Source of the DNA: Bacillus subtilis subsp. subtilis str. 168 | Lineage (GTDB): Bacteria > Bacillota > Bacilli > Bacillales > Bacillaceae | Length of the DNA: 32,000 bases | Reading direction: 5' to 3' | Assembly (NCBI RefSeq): GCF_000009045.1 | Contig: NC_000964.3 | Span: forward strand, 3,720,001 to 3,752,000 | Shown here: positions 23,269-32,000 of the stretch, piece by piece | How positions within the stretch are numbered: position 1 is the first letter of the stretch | Layout: each line of letters starts with the position of its first letter | The notes under the pieces: generated by a model | What the model was told of the DNA's origin: nothing | Seen by the model: the letters and a program-made list of their open reading frames with translations, nothing else | Databases searched by the model: none | Translations under genes and position numbers: made by a program

Positions 23269-23659
23269 ATTCCGGCGACTTTGCTTGCTGCTTCAGCAGG
23301 TCTCTGATTTCTTTCAGCAGCTCCTCCTGCGCATCCACCGCTTCCTCCGCAGCCTCTTCTTCTGCTTCTTTTTTGCGCCTTAACCCATTCAAAGTCCGAA
23401 TGACGATAAAAATGGAGAACGATATAATTAAGAAGTTCACAATCGTCTGTATAAAGCTGCCATATTTCACTACAGCATCGCCAAACGTAAACGACAGGCC
23501 TGAAAAGTCAAGCCCTCCCAGCAGCAAACCGACCAAAGGCATAATGATATCATTTACTAGAGATGTGACGATCTTTCCGAAAGCGCCGCCTATCACAACA
23601 CCAATCGCAAGGTCTACGATATTCCCCCGCATGGCAAAGGCTTTAAATTCATTCCACAT
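23267..23659 (-). CDS. mscL: large-conductance mechanosensitive channel (130 aa)
   Basis: [39 protein letters not shown] precedes ATG 23659. The track start at 23731 is unsupported. Confidence 0.92.
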   Translation of the reverse strand: MWNEFKAFAMRGNIVDLAIGVVIGGAFGKIVTSLVNDIIMPLVGLLLGGLDFSGLSFTFGDAVVKYGSFIQTIVNFLIISFSIFIVIRTLNGLRRKKEAEEEAAEEAVDAQEELLKEIRDLLKQQAKSPE

Positions 23660-23731
23660 ACAATCACCTGCTTTTCTATATTTGTAAAGAAAAAAAGACA
23701 AATGTGCCGCTGGCCATCTGCCTTTTTTCAA

Positions 23732-24157
23732 TTATTCTCCGAGGGCAAAAGTCAGTTCTACTTCGCAAACGACTTCGCCATCAACTGTGGCAACGCCTTT
23801 TCCGCGCCCGATTGTGCCGCGGGCACGAATGATTTCAACCTCAAGGTGAAGCTGGTCACCAGGCTTGACTTGTTTTTTAAAGCGGCAGTTATCAATGCCT
23901 GCAAAAAAAGCCAGTCTGCCGCGGTTTTCTTCTTTAATCAACATCGCAACAGCTCCGACTTGAGCGAGTGCTTCTACGATTAATACGCCGGGCATAACCG
24001 GGTACTGAGGAAAATGTCCGTTAAAGAACTCTTCATTAGCGGTTACATTTTTATAGCCTTTTGCCCGTTTGCCCTCTTCAACTTCCGTAATCCGATCCAC
24101 AAGCAAAAACGGATAACGGTGAGGAATAATTTCTTTAATTTGCTGAGTATCAAGCAT
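23732..24157 (-). CDS. fabZ: 3-hydroxyacyl-ACP dehydratase (141 aa)
   Basis: [14 protein letters not shown] and FFNGHFP hot-dog fold motifs. SD GAAGGAG precedes ATG 24157. Confidence 0.92.
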   Translation of the reverse strand: MLDTQQIKEIIPHRYPFLLVDRITEVEEGKRAKGYKNVTANEEFFNGHFPQYPVMPGVLIVEALAQVGAVAMLIKEENRGRLAFFAGIDNCRFKKQVKPGDQLHLEVEIIRARGTIGRGKGVATVDGEVVCEVELTFALGE

Positions 24158-24348
24158 TGTCTTGACATCTCCTTCATCTGCATTAGTATGTATAGCAATC
24201 ATCAAAGATCCAATCTGTACATTTGAAAAGTATATTATGAATTAATCTCTTTTTCAACCGCGCTAAAATGTAACCAACTGTCAATGAGAGCCGTCAAAAG
24301 TTATGATATGATAATTATAGATTTTACCAATAGCAAAGAGGTAGGAAA

Positions 24349-25413
24349 ATGATTTCGAAGTTTATTGAAAAAAGAATGCTAAACATGTTAGACGAGTGGT
24401 ATTCCGCAATGAGCAAACGCAAAATGAATCACGTTTGCACACTGAAAGAGAAAATTGATCAGCACCTTCCAAAGATCAAAAAGAACACAAAACTTTGGAT
24501 GCGTTATCAATTGTTTCAGGCCCGCCATCAGCTGCTTTTTGAAAACCAGAACGGACTCGATTCATTGTTCGATGGCCTATATGGCCTGGAAGACAAAATG
24601 GATGATGAATTGAAATATTATCTGTATTTTTTCTCTGGGTTATATGAGATGGTAAAAACAGCTCCGAAACATGCAGTACATCATTTTAAAAAAGCTGAAC
24701 AGTACCTGGCCGCCATTCACAATACGTTTGAAGCCGCTGATTTATATTATCAAACCGCCGGCGCCTATTACTTGATGAAATCACCGCCGCTTTCCGTCCA
24801 ATACGTCAAAAAAGCATTACACATCTATTTGCACCAATTCGGCTATATCAAAAAGGTAATCACCTGTAAACTTTTGCTCGCCGTGAATTATATTGATCAA
24901 GAACGCTATGAAAAAGCTGAACAGCTTTTCAAAGAAATCATTAAGAAAACCCAGCAACTACATGACGAAAACCTGCTATGCCACGCTTATTATAACCTTG
25001 GCTTTTTAAAAGCGACCGAGAAAAAAGACCAGGAAGCGCTTCTTTACTTTAGAAAAGTATTAAAGAATCAAGAATTTGAAATGAATTCACCAGTCTCATA
25101 TCTTCATTGTGTGTACGAGTCTGTCAGAGCGCTTTTTAAAACAGGGAACATCACAGAAGCTAAAGCCGTCCTTCAAAAAGGAAAAGAATTATCTGAAAAG
25201 GTAGACATTCAAACCATTTATTTAAAATTAAAAACGCTTGAAGCCCTCTACACATCAGCCGAAGACCCTTATGAGCAGCTGCTCGAATATGTGCTTGAAT
25301 TAGAAAAAATCGAGGCGTGGGTGGATTTAGAAGTGCTGTTAGAAGATATTACGGAATACTACAAAAAAAAGGACGATTTCGAAAAAGCCGCTTTTTTTAT
25401 CATGCGCGGCTGA
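24349..25413 (+). CDS. rapD: Rap-family TPR response-regulator aspartate phosphatase/regulator
   Basis: 354 aa TPR protein with the typical Rap layout. SD AAAGAGGTAGG. No phr ORF follows. Confidence 0.9.
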   Translation: MISKFIEKRMLNMLDEWYSAMSKRKMNHVCTLKEKIDQHLPKIKKNTKLWMRYQLFQARHQLLFENQNGLDSLFDGLYGLEDKMDDELKYYLYFFSGLYEMVKTAPKHAVHHFKKAEQYLAAIHNTFEAADLYYQTAGAYYLMKSPPLSVQYVKKALHIYLHQFGYIKKVITCKLLLAVNYIDQERYEKAEQLFKEIIKKTQQLHDENLLCHAYYNLGFLKATEKKDQEALLYFRKVLKNQEFEMNSPVSYLHCVYESVRALFKTGNITEAKAVLQKGKELSEKVDIQTIYLKLKTLEALYTSAEDPYEQLLEYVLELEKIEAWVDLEVLLEDITEYYKKKDDFEKAAFFIMRG

Positions 25414-25435
25414 TTGAAAAACGCCCATTTTCTTA

Positions 25436-26245
25436 TTATCTGACTGAATTGATTAAACCGAGCATTTGATCTCCCATTGTGATCGTTCTGCTGTTCAGCT
25501 GATATGAACGCTGGGACGTGATCAAATCTGTCATTTGTTCTGAAATATCGACATTGGACATCTCAAGTGAGCCCTGCTGCATGCCGATGTTTTGTCTATT
25601 AGCGCCGTTCAGCTCTTCAAAAGCTGCCGCATTATCAATAGAGAAAAGGTTATTCCCTTCGGATTTCAGCTCTTGAGGGTTATTCACTTGGACAACGCCA
25701 AGATTAAACCGCTGAACCGCGTTTCCGTCAGATGCGGTTAAGGTGCCGTTCTTATTAATGGTGATATTCTTCATTGAGCTGTCGATGTTCACTGTATTGC
25801 CGTTCTCATCAAGTACGGGATACCCATTTCCAGTGACGAGCTGCAGCTGGTTGGCATTCGCAGCGGACGGCGTTACATACAGCGCCCCGTCCCTCGTATA
25901 CTGGCGGTTTCCATTTACATTTACCTGAAGATACTGGTATGGAGACGTAAATGCGATATCCAGATCGCGATCGGTCTTCTGAATGCTTCCTTGATCAGAG
26001 ACTAGGCGTGAACTCATCATCGCTCCGACGCCAAGGCGCAAGCCGGGCGGCGTTTTTCGGGCTTTTGCCACTTCCTCGTTTTTTTCATCAACCTGATCGA
26101 ATTGCTGTCTGACAAGCTCAGAAAAATTCGTATCTTTTGCCTTATAGCCGGTTGTGTTGCTGTTTGAAAGGTTGCTGCTGATTGTGTCAATCTGCTGCTG
26201 CAGCTGGTTTAAGGTTGTTGATGCCGTTAGCATTGACCTGAGCAT
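25436..26245 (-). CDS. flhP: flagellar basal-body rod / hook-related protein (FlgG/FlgF family)
   Basis: Conserved N-terminal SNNLSNSNTTGYK and C-terminal MTDLITSQRSYQLNSR rod-protein motifs. Confidence 0.9.
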   Translation of the reverse strand: MLRSMLTASTTLNQLQQQIDTISSNLSNSNTTGYKAKDTNFSELVRQQFDQVDEKNEEVAKARKTPPGLRLGVGAMMSSRLVSDQGSIQKTDRDLDIAFTSPYQYLQVNVNGNRQYTRDGALYVTPSAANANQLQLVTGNGYPVLDENGNTVNIDSSMKNITINKNGTLTASDGNAVQRFNLGVVQVNNPQELKSEGNNLFSIDNAAAFEELNGANRQNIGMQQGSLEMSNVDISEQMTDLITSQRSYQLNSRTITMGDQMLGLINSVR

Positions 26246-26278
26246 AGTTGATGTCCCCCGTTTTTTTCTTCCGTTTTC

Positions 26279-27091
26279 TTAAATTTTTCCAATTTCATTT
26301 GCTGCTTTATCCATACTTTTATCGTAAGCCTGAATAACCTTCTGATTCGCCTCAAACGATCTGTACGCTTCAGTCATTTCTGTATAGGCGCTTGTCACAT
26401 CCACGTTTGAAAGCTCTGAGACGCCTTGTTTTAATGAATAGGCTACCTGATTATTTCCGGCTGCGCTTGGCAGATCATTACCGTCCGCCGTGCTGTACAA
26501 ATCATTTCCGTCCCGTTTGAGATTGCGGACATCTTCCGCCATTCTGACATCAATCTGGCCGGCTGTGCGTCCGTTCGTTGTCACAGTACCGTTTTCAGAC
26601 ACAGTGAAATTCTCATTATCAACAGTGATTGGCTGGCGATCCGTCGATAAAATAGGGCGTCCGTTGATCGTCAGCTGATTGTTCTCATTTAGTGAAAATG
26701 TGCTGCTTTTTGAATAACGGATTCCATCCGCTGTTTGAACCGGATAAAAAAGAGCAGCTTTTTCATTGGTTTCCGCACTCATCGGAACTTGATTTTCGAT
26801 CAATGCAATGTCTGTAGGCTGGTCTGTGGACTTCAGGCTTCCCTGTGTAAAGAGAGGCTTGAGCTCCTGCATATATACTCCGGTATTCACGGAACCGATT
26901 TCCGTCCTTGATGTCCCGGCCGGAGATTTTGATTCTATTCTGCTGAGCAGCATCTCAGGGAACGCGCGCATAGAGCCTTGATCAGCTTTATATCCTGATG
27001 TATTTGCGTTAGCAATATTATTTGAAAGCATTTCCGTTCTTCGCTGCTGGGCAATCATTGCGGATGTTGCTGTATATAATCCTTTTAACAA
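26279..27091 (-). CDS. flhO: flagellar basal-body rod protein (FlgG/FlgF family, 270 aa, TTG start)
   Basis: LSNNIANANTSGYK and EAYRSFEANQKVIQ motifs. SD GAGGTGGG precedes TTG 27091. Confidence 0.88.
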   Translation of the reverse strand: MLKGLYTATSAMIAQQRRTEMLSNNIANANTSGYKADQGSMRAFPEMLLSRIESKSPAGTSRTEIGSVNTGVYMQELKPLFTQGSLKSTDQPTDIALIENQVPMSAETNEKAALFYPVQTADGIRYSKSSTFSLNENNQLTINGRPILSTDRQPITVDNENFTVSENGTVTTNGRTAGQIDVRMAEDVRNLKRDGNDLYSTADGNDLPSAAGNNQVAYSLKQGVSELSNVDVTSAYTEMTEAYRSFEANQKVIQAYDKSMDKAANEIGKI

Positions 27092-27174
27092 ATTTCCCAC
27101 CTCTAAAAATGGCATTTTTTCCAGTTGTCATATAGGAACGTTCGTTCTATAATAAAAACTCAGTATTTTATCCT

Positions 27175-27203
27175 ATTATCGTCATTTAACATCTTTTCGT
27201 GAA
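27175..27203 (-). promoter_or_regulatory. candidate sigma-A promoter of flhO-flhP: TTCACG, 17 bp, GATAAT
   Basis: Read on the minus strand about 85 nt upstream of flhO. Only a moderate consensus match. Confidence 0.35.
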
Positions 27204-27213
27204 GGCTTTTTCA

Positions 27214-27245
27214 TAAAAAAACCTCATTCTTTTTCAGAATGAGGT
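27214..27245 (-). terminator. intrinsic terminator of mbl
   Basis: Minus strand: ACCTCATTC, 7-nt loop, GAATGAGGT, then TTTTTTT, 9 nt after the mbl stop. Confidence 0.85.
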
Positions 27246-27253
27246 TTGTGAAA

Positions 27254-28255
27254 TCAGCTTAGTTTGCGTTTAGGAAGCTTGTCCATATTATCAAGCATGA
27301 CACCTGTGCCGATGGCTACGCAATCCATAGGATTTTCAGCAACGAGGACCGGTACCTTCAGCTCTTCAGCAAGCAGCTGGTCAAGGCCGTTTAAGAGCGC
27401 GCCTCCGCCGGTAATAATAACGCCGCGGTCAATAATATCAGCAGAAAGTTCAGGCGGTGTTCTTTCGAGCACTTGTTTTGCAGCCTGAACAATAACAGCG
27501 ACAGATTCACGAAGGGCTTCTTCAACTTCTTTACTGTTTACTGTAATTGTTCTTGGAAGACCGGAAACCATGTCCCGTCCGCGAATGGAAATTTCCTCGT
27601 GACGTGCGTCTGGGAAAACAGTTGCGACTTTAATCTTAATATCCTCCGCAGTACGTTCGCCGATCAGCAGCTTGTACTCGCGTTTGATATAATTTAAGAT
27701 TTCCATGTCAAACTTGTCCCCAGCCATTTTAATAGAAGAGGAGGTGACAATATCGCCCATTGAAATAACCGCGATATCCGTCGTCCCGCCTCCGATGTCT
27801 ACAACCATGTTACCGCTTGGCTGGAATATTTCCATACCCGCGCCGATAGCGGCAACTTTAGGTTCTTCTTCAAGGTACACATGTTTCCCGCCGCTTTTTT
27901 CTGCAGCTTCTTTAATTGCTTTTTGCTCAACGGATGTAATATTCGTCGGGCAGCAAATGAGCATGCGCGGCTTTGAGAACAGGCCTTTTACATTCAGCTT
28001 GTTAATAAAATGTTTCAGCATTGCTTCTGTTACTTCAAAGTCAGCAATAACTCCGTCTTTCAGCGGGCGAATCGCAACAATATTCCCAGGTGTACGTCCA
28101 ACCATTCGTCTTGCCTCTTCGCCAACCGCCAGCACTTTGCCGCTGTTTTTATCAAGTGCAACAACGGAAGGTTCATTCAGAACAATTCCTTTACCTTTAA
28201 CATGGATCAGTACATTTGCAGTACCGAGGTCAATACCAATATCCCTTGCAAACAT
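27254..28255 (-). CDS. mbl: MreB-like actin homolog
   Basis: 333 aa. DIGIDLGTANVL, DIGGGTTD and ITGGGALL actin-fold motifs. SD AAGGAGG. Confidence 0.93.
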   Translation of the reverse strand: MFARDIGIDLGTANVLIHVKGKGIVLNEPSVVALDKNSGKVLAVGEEARRMVGRTPGNIVAIRPLKDGVIADFEVTEAMLKHFINKLNVKGLFSKPRMLICCPTNITSVEQKAIKEAAEKSGGKHVYLEEEPKVAAIGAGMEIFQPSGNMVVDIGGGTTDIAVISMGDIVTSSSIKMAGDKFDMEILNYIKREYKLLIGERTAEDIKIKVATVFPDARHEEISIRGRDMVSGLPRTITVNSKEVEEALRESVAVIVQAAKQVLERTPPELSADIIDRGVIITGGGALLNGLDQLLAEELKVPVLVAENPMDCVAIGTGVMLDNMDKLPKRKLS

Positions 28256-28420
28256 CTATTTATATCCTCCTTGAAAATCTGTTTCACAGTAAATATCCAC
28301 ATTGTGCCCTAATTATATATATTATCATAAAATATAGAAAAAAAGTTGGAAGCACAATAAGTTCTTTACAAATTTTTGCGGATGTTTTATGAACGATTTC
28401 AAGAAGGCAATGCCAGGTGA

Positions 28421-28702
28421 TTACGATTGCTGAACAGGCTCTCCTTCGAGAATTTCATCTTTTTTATATTTGAGCTTTGTCGCTTCTCCTCCTCTTAAAT
28501 GCCTGATGGATTTATGATAATCGAGTATTTCTTTCACTTCGTTTGCCAAGTCGGGGTTAATTTCAGGCAGACGCTCTGTTAAATCCTTGTGTACTGTACT
28601 TTTGGAAACACCAAATTCCTTCGCAATGACACGAACGGTTTTCTTTGTCTCCACGATGTACTTCCCTATCTTGATTGTTCGCTCTTTGATGTAATCGTGC
28701 AC
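28421..28702 (-). CDS. spoIIID: mother-cell sporulation transcription factor SpoIIID (93 aa, GTG start)
   Basis: MHDYIKERTIKIGKYIVETKKTVRVIAKEFGVSKSTVHKDL HTH. SD GGGAGG 7 nt upstream. Confidence 0.93.
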   Translation of the reverse strand: MHDYIKERTIKIGKYIVETKKTVRVIAKEFGVSKSTVHKDLTERLPEINPDLANEVKEILDYHKSIRHLRGGEATKLKYKKDEILEGEPVQQS

Positions 28703-28716
28703 ACCACTCGACCTCC

Positions 28717-28827
28717 CTAAAATGGATGTGAGAAGTGTGAAATGAGATCCGTATTCTGTAAAGAGTCGTTCATTATGCCGCTTCTTCGTTGTATGGTTTT
28801 AAAAGTAAGTTTGTGAAATATGCCCAC
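28717..28827 (-). CDS. usd: 36-codon upstream ORF whose stop codon overlaps the spoIIID SD
   Basis: GTG 28827 follows GAGGTGA (6-nt spacer). It translates (M)GIFHKLTFKTIQRRSGIMNDSLQNTDLISHFSHPF and ends at TAG 28717-28719, inside TTTTAGGGAGG. Confidence 0.65.
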   Translation of the reverse strand: MGIFHKLTFKTIQRRSGIMNDSLQNTDLISHFSHPF

Positions 28828-28867
28828 GATCCCTCACCTCAAACACTCTCTTTGTTAGGTTTGTAAC

Positions 28868-28896
28868 AGTGTATTAGCATTCTTTTGGGAATATGC
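28868..28896 (-). promoter_or_regulatory. sigma-E-type promoter for usd-spoIIID: GCATATT, 14 bp, AATACACT
   Basis: Matches the remembered sigma-E consensus (kmATATT, about 14 bp, CATACAnT). Lies about 40 nt upstream of the usd start. Confidence 0.55.
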
Positions 28897-28974
28897 TAAA
28901 AACTCAATAAGGACAAGGGGTGAAACGAACTTTTTCAGATTCAGCAAACTATTTCGCGTCACTAAATTTTCATC

Positions 28975-29003
28975 TTTACAACTATTGATCGCTCCTGTAA
29001 AAT
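28975..29003 (+). promoter_or_regulatory. sigma-A promoter of ywoH-ywoG: TTTACA, 17 bp, TAAAAT
   Basis: The -35 is at 28975-28980 and the -10 at 28998-29003, with an exact 17-bp spacer, 49 nt upstream of ywoH. Confidence 0.6.
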
Positions 29004-29051
29004 GAAATAAGCAATTAGTTACTTAGGTAAGTTTTTTAGAAGGAGACCGAC

Positions 29052-29465
29052 ATGTCCTACGTCAACAGACACCTCATTCATCAAATCAACCAAAGCGCCC
29101 GCCTGATTGCCAAGAAAGCCAATGAACAGCTAGAGCCATTCGGCCTTTATTCATCTCAATGGTCAGTTTTATATTGTTTGCGTACGATCGGACCAATGAC
29201 TCAAAAAGAGATTTGGTCCTATTTAAATGTGGAAGCGCCGACTGTGACTCGGACGATCAAACGCCTGGAGGAGAACGGCTGGGTTCAGAGACGGCAAGGT
29301 GAAGACAAACGGGAAAAACTTGTTGTCCTCACAAAAGAAGCCGAGAAAAAATACGAAGAAATCAATGTGAAAATGTTGAAATTCGAGGAAGAGCTGCTTG
29401 CAGATTTCCGGGATGAAGATAAAGAAGCTTTTTCTCATTTATTCCGCATGTTTTTACAACAATGA
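29052..29465 (+). CDS. ywoH: MarR-family transcriptional regulator
   Basis: 137 aa wHTH (SQWSVLYCLRTIGPMTQKEIWSYLNVEAPTVTRTIKRLEENGWV). SD AAGGAGA. Confidence 0.9.
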   Translation: MSYVNRHLIHQINQSARLIAKKANEQLEPFGLYSSQWSVLYCLRTIGPMTQKEIWSYLNVEAPTVTRTIKRLEENGWVQRRQGEDKREKLVVLTKEAEKKYEEINVKMLKFEEELLADFRDEDKEAFSHLFRMFLQQ

Positions 29466-29486
29466 AAATAAGGAAGTGACATACAT

Positions 29487-30677
29487 TTGAAAAAAGCGGA
29501 TGCGATATGGACCAAGGATTTTATTATGGTCCTGCTTGTCAATTTATTTGTGTTTGTGTTCTTTTATACATTTTTAACTGTATTGCCGATCTATACACTG
29601 CAAGAGCTTGGCGGCACAGAATCACAAGGCGGGCTTTTAATCAGCCTGTTCCTTCTGTCTGCGATCATTACACGGCCTTTCTCCGGAGCCATCGTTGAGC
29701 GTTTCGGGAAGAAAAGAATGGCGATTGTATCAATGGCGCTCTTCGCCCTATCATCTTTTCTGTATATGCCGATTCATAACTTTTCCCTGCTGCTCGGATT
29801 GCGGTTCTTCCAAGGGATTTGGTTCAGCATTTTAACGACTGTTACAGGTGCAATTGCCGCTGATATTATTCCAGCCAAACGGCGCGGTGAAGGGCTTGGA
29901 TACTTTGCCATGTCTATGAACCTCGCTATGGCGATCGGGCCTTTCCTTGGCCTGAATTTGATGAGAGTGGTAAGCTTTCCTGTATTCTTTACAGCCTTTG
30001 CGCTGTTTATGGTTGCGGGCTTACTTGTTTCGTTCTTGATAAAAGTGCCGCAAAGTAAGGACAGCGGCACGACTGTATTCCGTTTTGCGTTCTCGGATAT
30101 GTTTGAAAAGGGCGCACTCAAAATTGCGACGGTCGGTTTGTTTATTTCTTTCTGTTATTCAACAGTCACATCATATCTGTCTGTATTCGCCAAATCAGTT
30201 GACCTTTCGGATATCAGCGGATATTTCTTTGTTTGTTTTGCGGTGACAATGATGATTGCACGCCCGTTCACAGGGAAATTGTTCGACAAAGTCGGACCGG
30301 GCATTGTCATTTATCCATCAATCCTGATTTTCTCTGTCGGACTCTGCATGCTGTCCTTCACACATAGCGGCTTAATGCTTCTGCTTTCAGGGGCGGTTAT
30401 CGGTCTTGGCTACGGATCAATCGTTCCTTGCATGCAAACATTGGCGATTCAGAAATCTCCGGCTCACCGCTCCGGTTTTGCGACGGCAACGTTCTTTACC
30501 TTCTTTGACAGCGGAATTGCTGTAGGATCGTATGTATTCGGATTGTTTGTAGCATCTGCCGGCTTCTCTGCCATTTATTTAACAGCGGGGCTGTTCGTTT
30601 TAATTGCTCTGCTTCTCTACACGTGGAGCCAGAAAAAACCTGCAGAGGCTGAAGGAAAAGTGTCTATTGCAGAATAA
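29487..30677 (+). CDS. ywoG: MFS transporter (12 TM, drug/metabolite exporter type), TTG start
   Basis: 396 aa polytopic protein with MFS motif A-like [24 protein letters not shown]. Lies 21 nt after ywoH. Confidence 0.9.
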
Positions 30678-30683
30678 CTTGTC

Positions 30684-30715
30684 AGACTGCCGGGAAATCC
30701 CGGCAGTCTTTTTTC
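30684..30715 (+). terminator. intrinsic terminator of ywoH-ywoG
   Basis: AGACTGCCGGG-AAAT-CCCGGCAGTCT-TTTTTT, an 11-bp perfect stem. Confidence 0.88.
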
Positions 30716-30717
30716 CA

Positions 30718-30757
30718 TTAAAACACGGCGCCCTCTCGGTTGAACGAGAGAACGCCG
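30718..30757 (-). terminator. intrinsic terminator of ywoF
   Basis: Minus strand: GGCGTTCTCTCG-TTCAAC-CGAGAGGGCGCC (two G-U pairs) then GTGTTTTAA. Confidence 0.6.
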
Positions 30758-30767
30758 CTTATAGCAA

Positions 30768-32000
30768 TTATTCAATGACAGGCCGCGCAGGTGAATCAGG
30801 ATCTAACGAAAAATCATAGGACGCTTCATCACGAAACATCGGATCGGCATATATGGATTGTTGATCGTTTTTTGTTGCTTTTCGATACGAAGAAAATGAA
30901 TCATATTCTTTCTTTTTCCACATCCATATGCCGTCTTGATCCGCTTCCTTGTGGTACACGTTATGATTGACCGTATTACCTTCGTTTTCTGTAAAGTCGT
31001 TTCCGATAAATAATCTGGAATCACCGGCCGTCAATATATTCTTTTCAATTGTGTTGTTTTTCGTATCGTACTGCAGCAGCAGCTGTCCGCCGTACAGTCC
31101 CTTTGTGTCATTCCGGTACATAATATTGCGGGCAATCAGAGAATTGCTGGTGCCGCCCCGCTTTTTGTCATATCCTCCGATTGAAATACCGGTGTACGCA
31201 TTGTTGTACACTTTGTTGTCTGTGATCTGAATGGCATTTGCATACTTTCCTTTGTGTTCAGACGTTGCTTCAATCCCAATATCGTTATCGTAAACTGTGT
31301 TGTTCTTAATTTCGATATCGTGTCCTCCATCGACATAAATCCCGCCCGCTGAGTATTCATCTCCATAAGCAGGATTGCCGTAAGTCGAGTTTTGATAAAC
31401 TGTATTGTTTTCTACGACTCCGTTTCGCACGTAATCGTTTTTATCCGCGGTTCCCTCATAACCAATTAGATCAATCCCGATGTTATTATTGTTGCGGACC
31501 ACATTGCCTGCAACTGTGAAGCCGTCGATATTACCGTTCAGCACAACTGCTTCACTCGCTCCAAGCGTCAGTTTCTCAACTGTATTGTCCTCGATTCGGA
31601 TGTCTTTCATGCTGCCAGTCCCATAAACTGCGATTCCGTGAGCATTTCCTTCATCCGCTGTTGTCTTAATCCCCCGGATGTGATTATCCTTAATGGCGAT
31701 ATGACTGCTGGACCCTGATACATAAATCCCTATAGCAGTTGCTTCCTCAGATGAAACAGAAAGATCTTGAATTGTTAAACCGCTGATGGCAATGTCATGT
31801 TTATCGTGAATACGAATAAGCGGTGTTTCATATTCAGCGTTCGCAACGGATTCACCGCTAATCACGACGTTTTCATTTTCATAGTTTCGGAATGTGATAG
31901 GCTTTCCGTCCGTACCGCTGTGCTTTACATCAAGGGTCTCATGATACGTGCCCTCCCGAATCATGACAGTTGTGCCGGCAGCAGCCTTCTCAGATGCGTG
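30768..32000 (-). CDS. ywoF: right-handed parallel beta-helix (pectate-lyase-fold / PbH1-repeat) protein, C-terminal 410 codons; 5' end is beyond the right window edge
   Basis: The frame stays open from 31964 to 32000 (HASEKAAAGTTVMIREGTYHE). Repeated N-x-I/V-x-x-N beta-helix rungs (IKDNHI, IEDNTV, VAGNVV, VENNTV, IKNNTV, ITDNKV, IARNIM, IEKNIL). Confidence 0.85.
   Translation of the reverse strand, partial: HASEKAAAGTTVMIREGTYHETLDVKHSGTDGKPITFRNYENENVVISGESVANAEYETPLIRIHDKHDIAISGLTIQDLSVSSEEATAIGIYVSGSSSHIAIKDNHIRGIKTTADEGNAHGIAVYGTGSMKDIRIEDNTVEKLTLGASEAVVLNGNIDGFTVAGNVVRNNNNIGIDLIGYEGTADKNDYVRNGVVENNTVYQNSTYGNPAYGDEYSAGGIYVDGGHDIEIKNNTVYDNDIGIEATSEHKGKYANAIQITDNKVYNNAYTGISIGGYDKKRGGTSNSLIARNIMYRNDTKGLYGGQLLLQYDTKNNTIEKNILTAGDSRLFIGNDFTENEGNTVNHNVYHKEADQDGIWMWKKKEYDSFSSYRKATKNDQQSIYADPMFRDEASYDFSLDPDSPARPVIE

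Noticed and set aside
28256-28420. mbl promoter and spoIIID terminator in the 165-nt spacer.
   Set aside because: Several AT-rich -10-like hexamers (TATAAT, TAATAT) are present, but none has a convincing -35. I found no stable hairpin with a U-tract after spoIIID. Read-through from spoIIID into mbl is possible but cannot be judged from sequence alone.
1-32000. Scan for rRNA, tRNA, CRISPR repeats, IS/transposase genes, integrases, phage genes, long direct or inverted repeats, and riboswitch-like leaders.
   Set aside because: None recognised. All long intergenic regions are explained by promoters, terminators or the gene remnants described. This was a visual scan only, so covariance-model searches (Infernal/Rfam, tRNAscan) would be needed to exclude small RNAs.

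Overview
The window matches the Bacillus subtilis 168-type chromosome, ywrD to ywoF segment. This is judged from protein identities and gene order; no search was possible. About 40 protein-coding genes are tightly packed on both strands.

Gene order, left to right:
- ywrD (partial)
- ywrC-ywrB-ywrA (Lrp/AsnC regulator plus split chromate transporter)
- ywqO-ywqN (minus strand), then ywqM (plus strand)
- nfi (ywqL)
- the LXG toxin operon ywqH-ywqI-ywqJ-ywqK
- ywqG
- the BY-kinase operon tkmA-ptkA-ptpZ-ugd
- a 47-codon ORF
- ywqB-ywqA (SWIM protein plus SNF2 ATPase)
- glcR-ywpJ
- ssbB, ywpG, ywpF
- a decayed sortase / surface-protein / kinase patch (ywpE, ywpD)
- mscL, fabZ, rapD, flhO-flhP, mbl, usd-spoIIID
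- ywoH-ywoG (MarR plus MFS)
- ywoF (partial)

I saw no rRNA, tRNA, CRISPR array, IS element or prophage.

Many ORF-track entries are 5'-over-extended. I re-placed starts where a Shine-Dalgarno (SD) sequence and the known protein N-terminus agree: ywrC, ywqN, ywqH, ugd, ptkA, tkmA, ywqB, ywqA, glcR, mscL, fabZ and flhO.

This is a heavily studied laboratory-strain region and I cannot show that any system here is truly undescribed. The most system-like or least-explained items are:
1. The T7SS-type LXG deaminase toxin cassette. It has an AT-rich swapped toxin/immunity module, and endonuclease V is attached to its 3' end.
2. The translationally coupled SWIM + SNF2 pair ywqB-ywqA, of unknown role.
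3. A head-to-head deletion scar at about 22340-22350. It joins a Cna-B surface-protein remnant plus anchor-less sortase to a kinase whose N-terminus is a decapitated receiver domain.

Several promoters, operators and terminators were read directly from the sequence.
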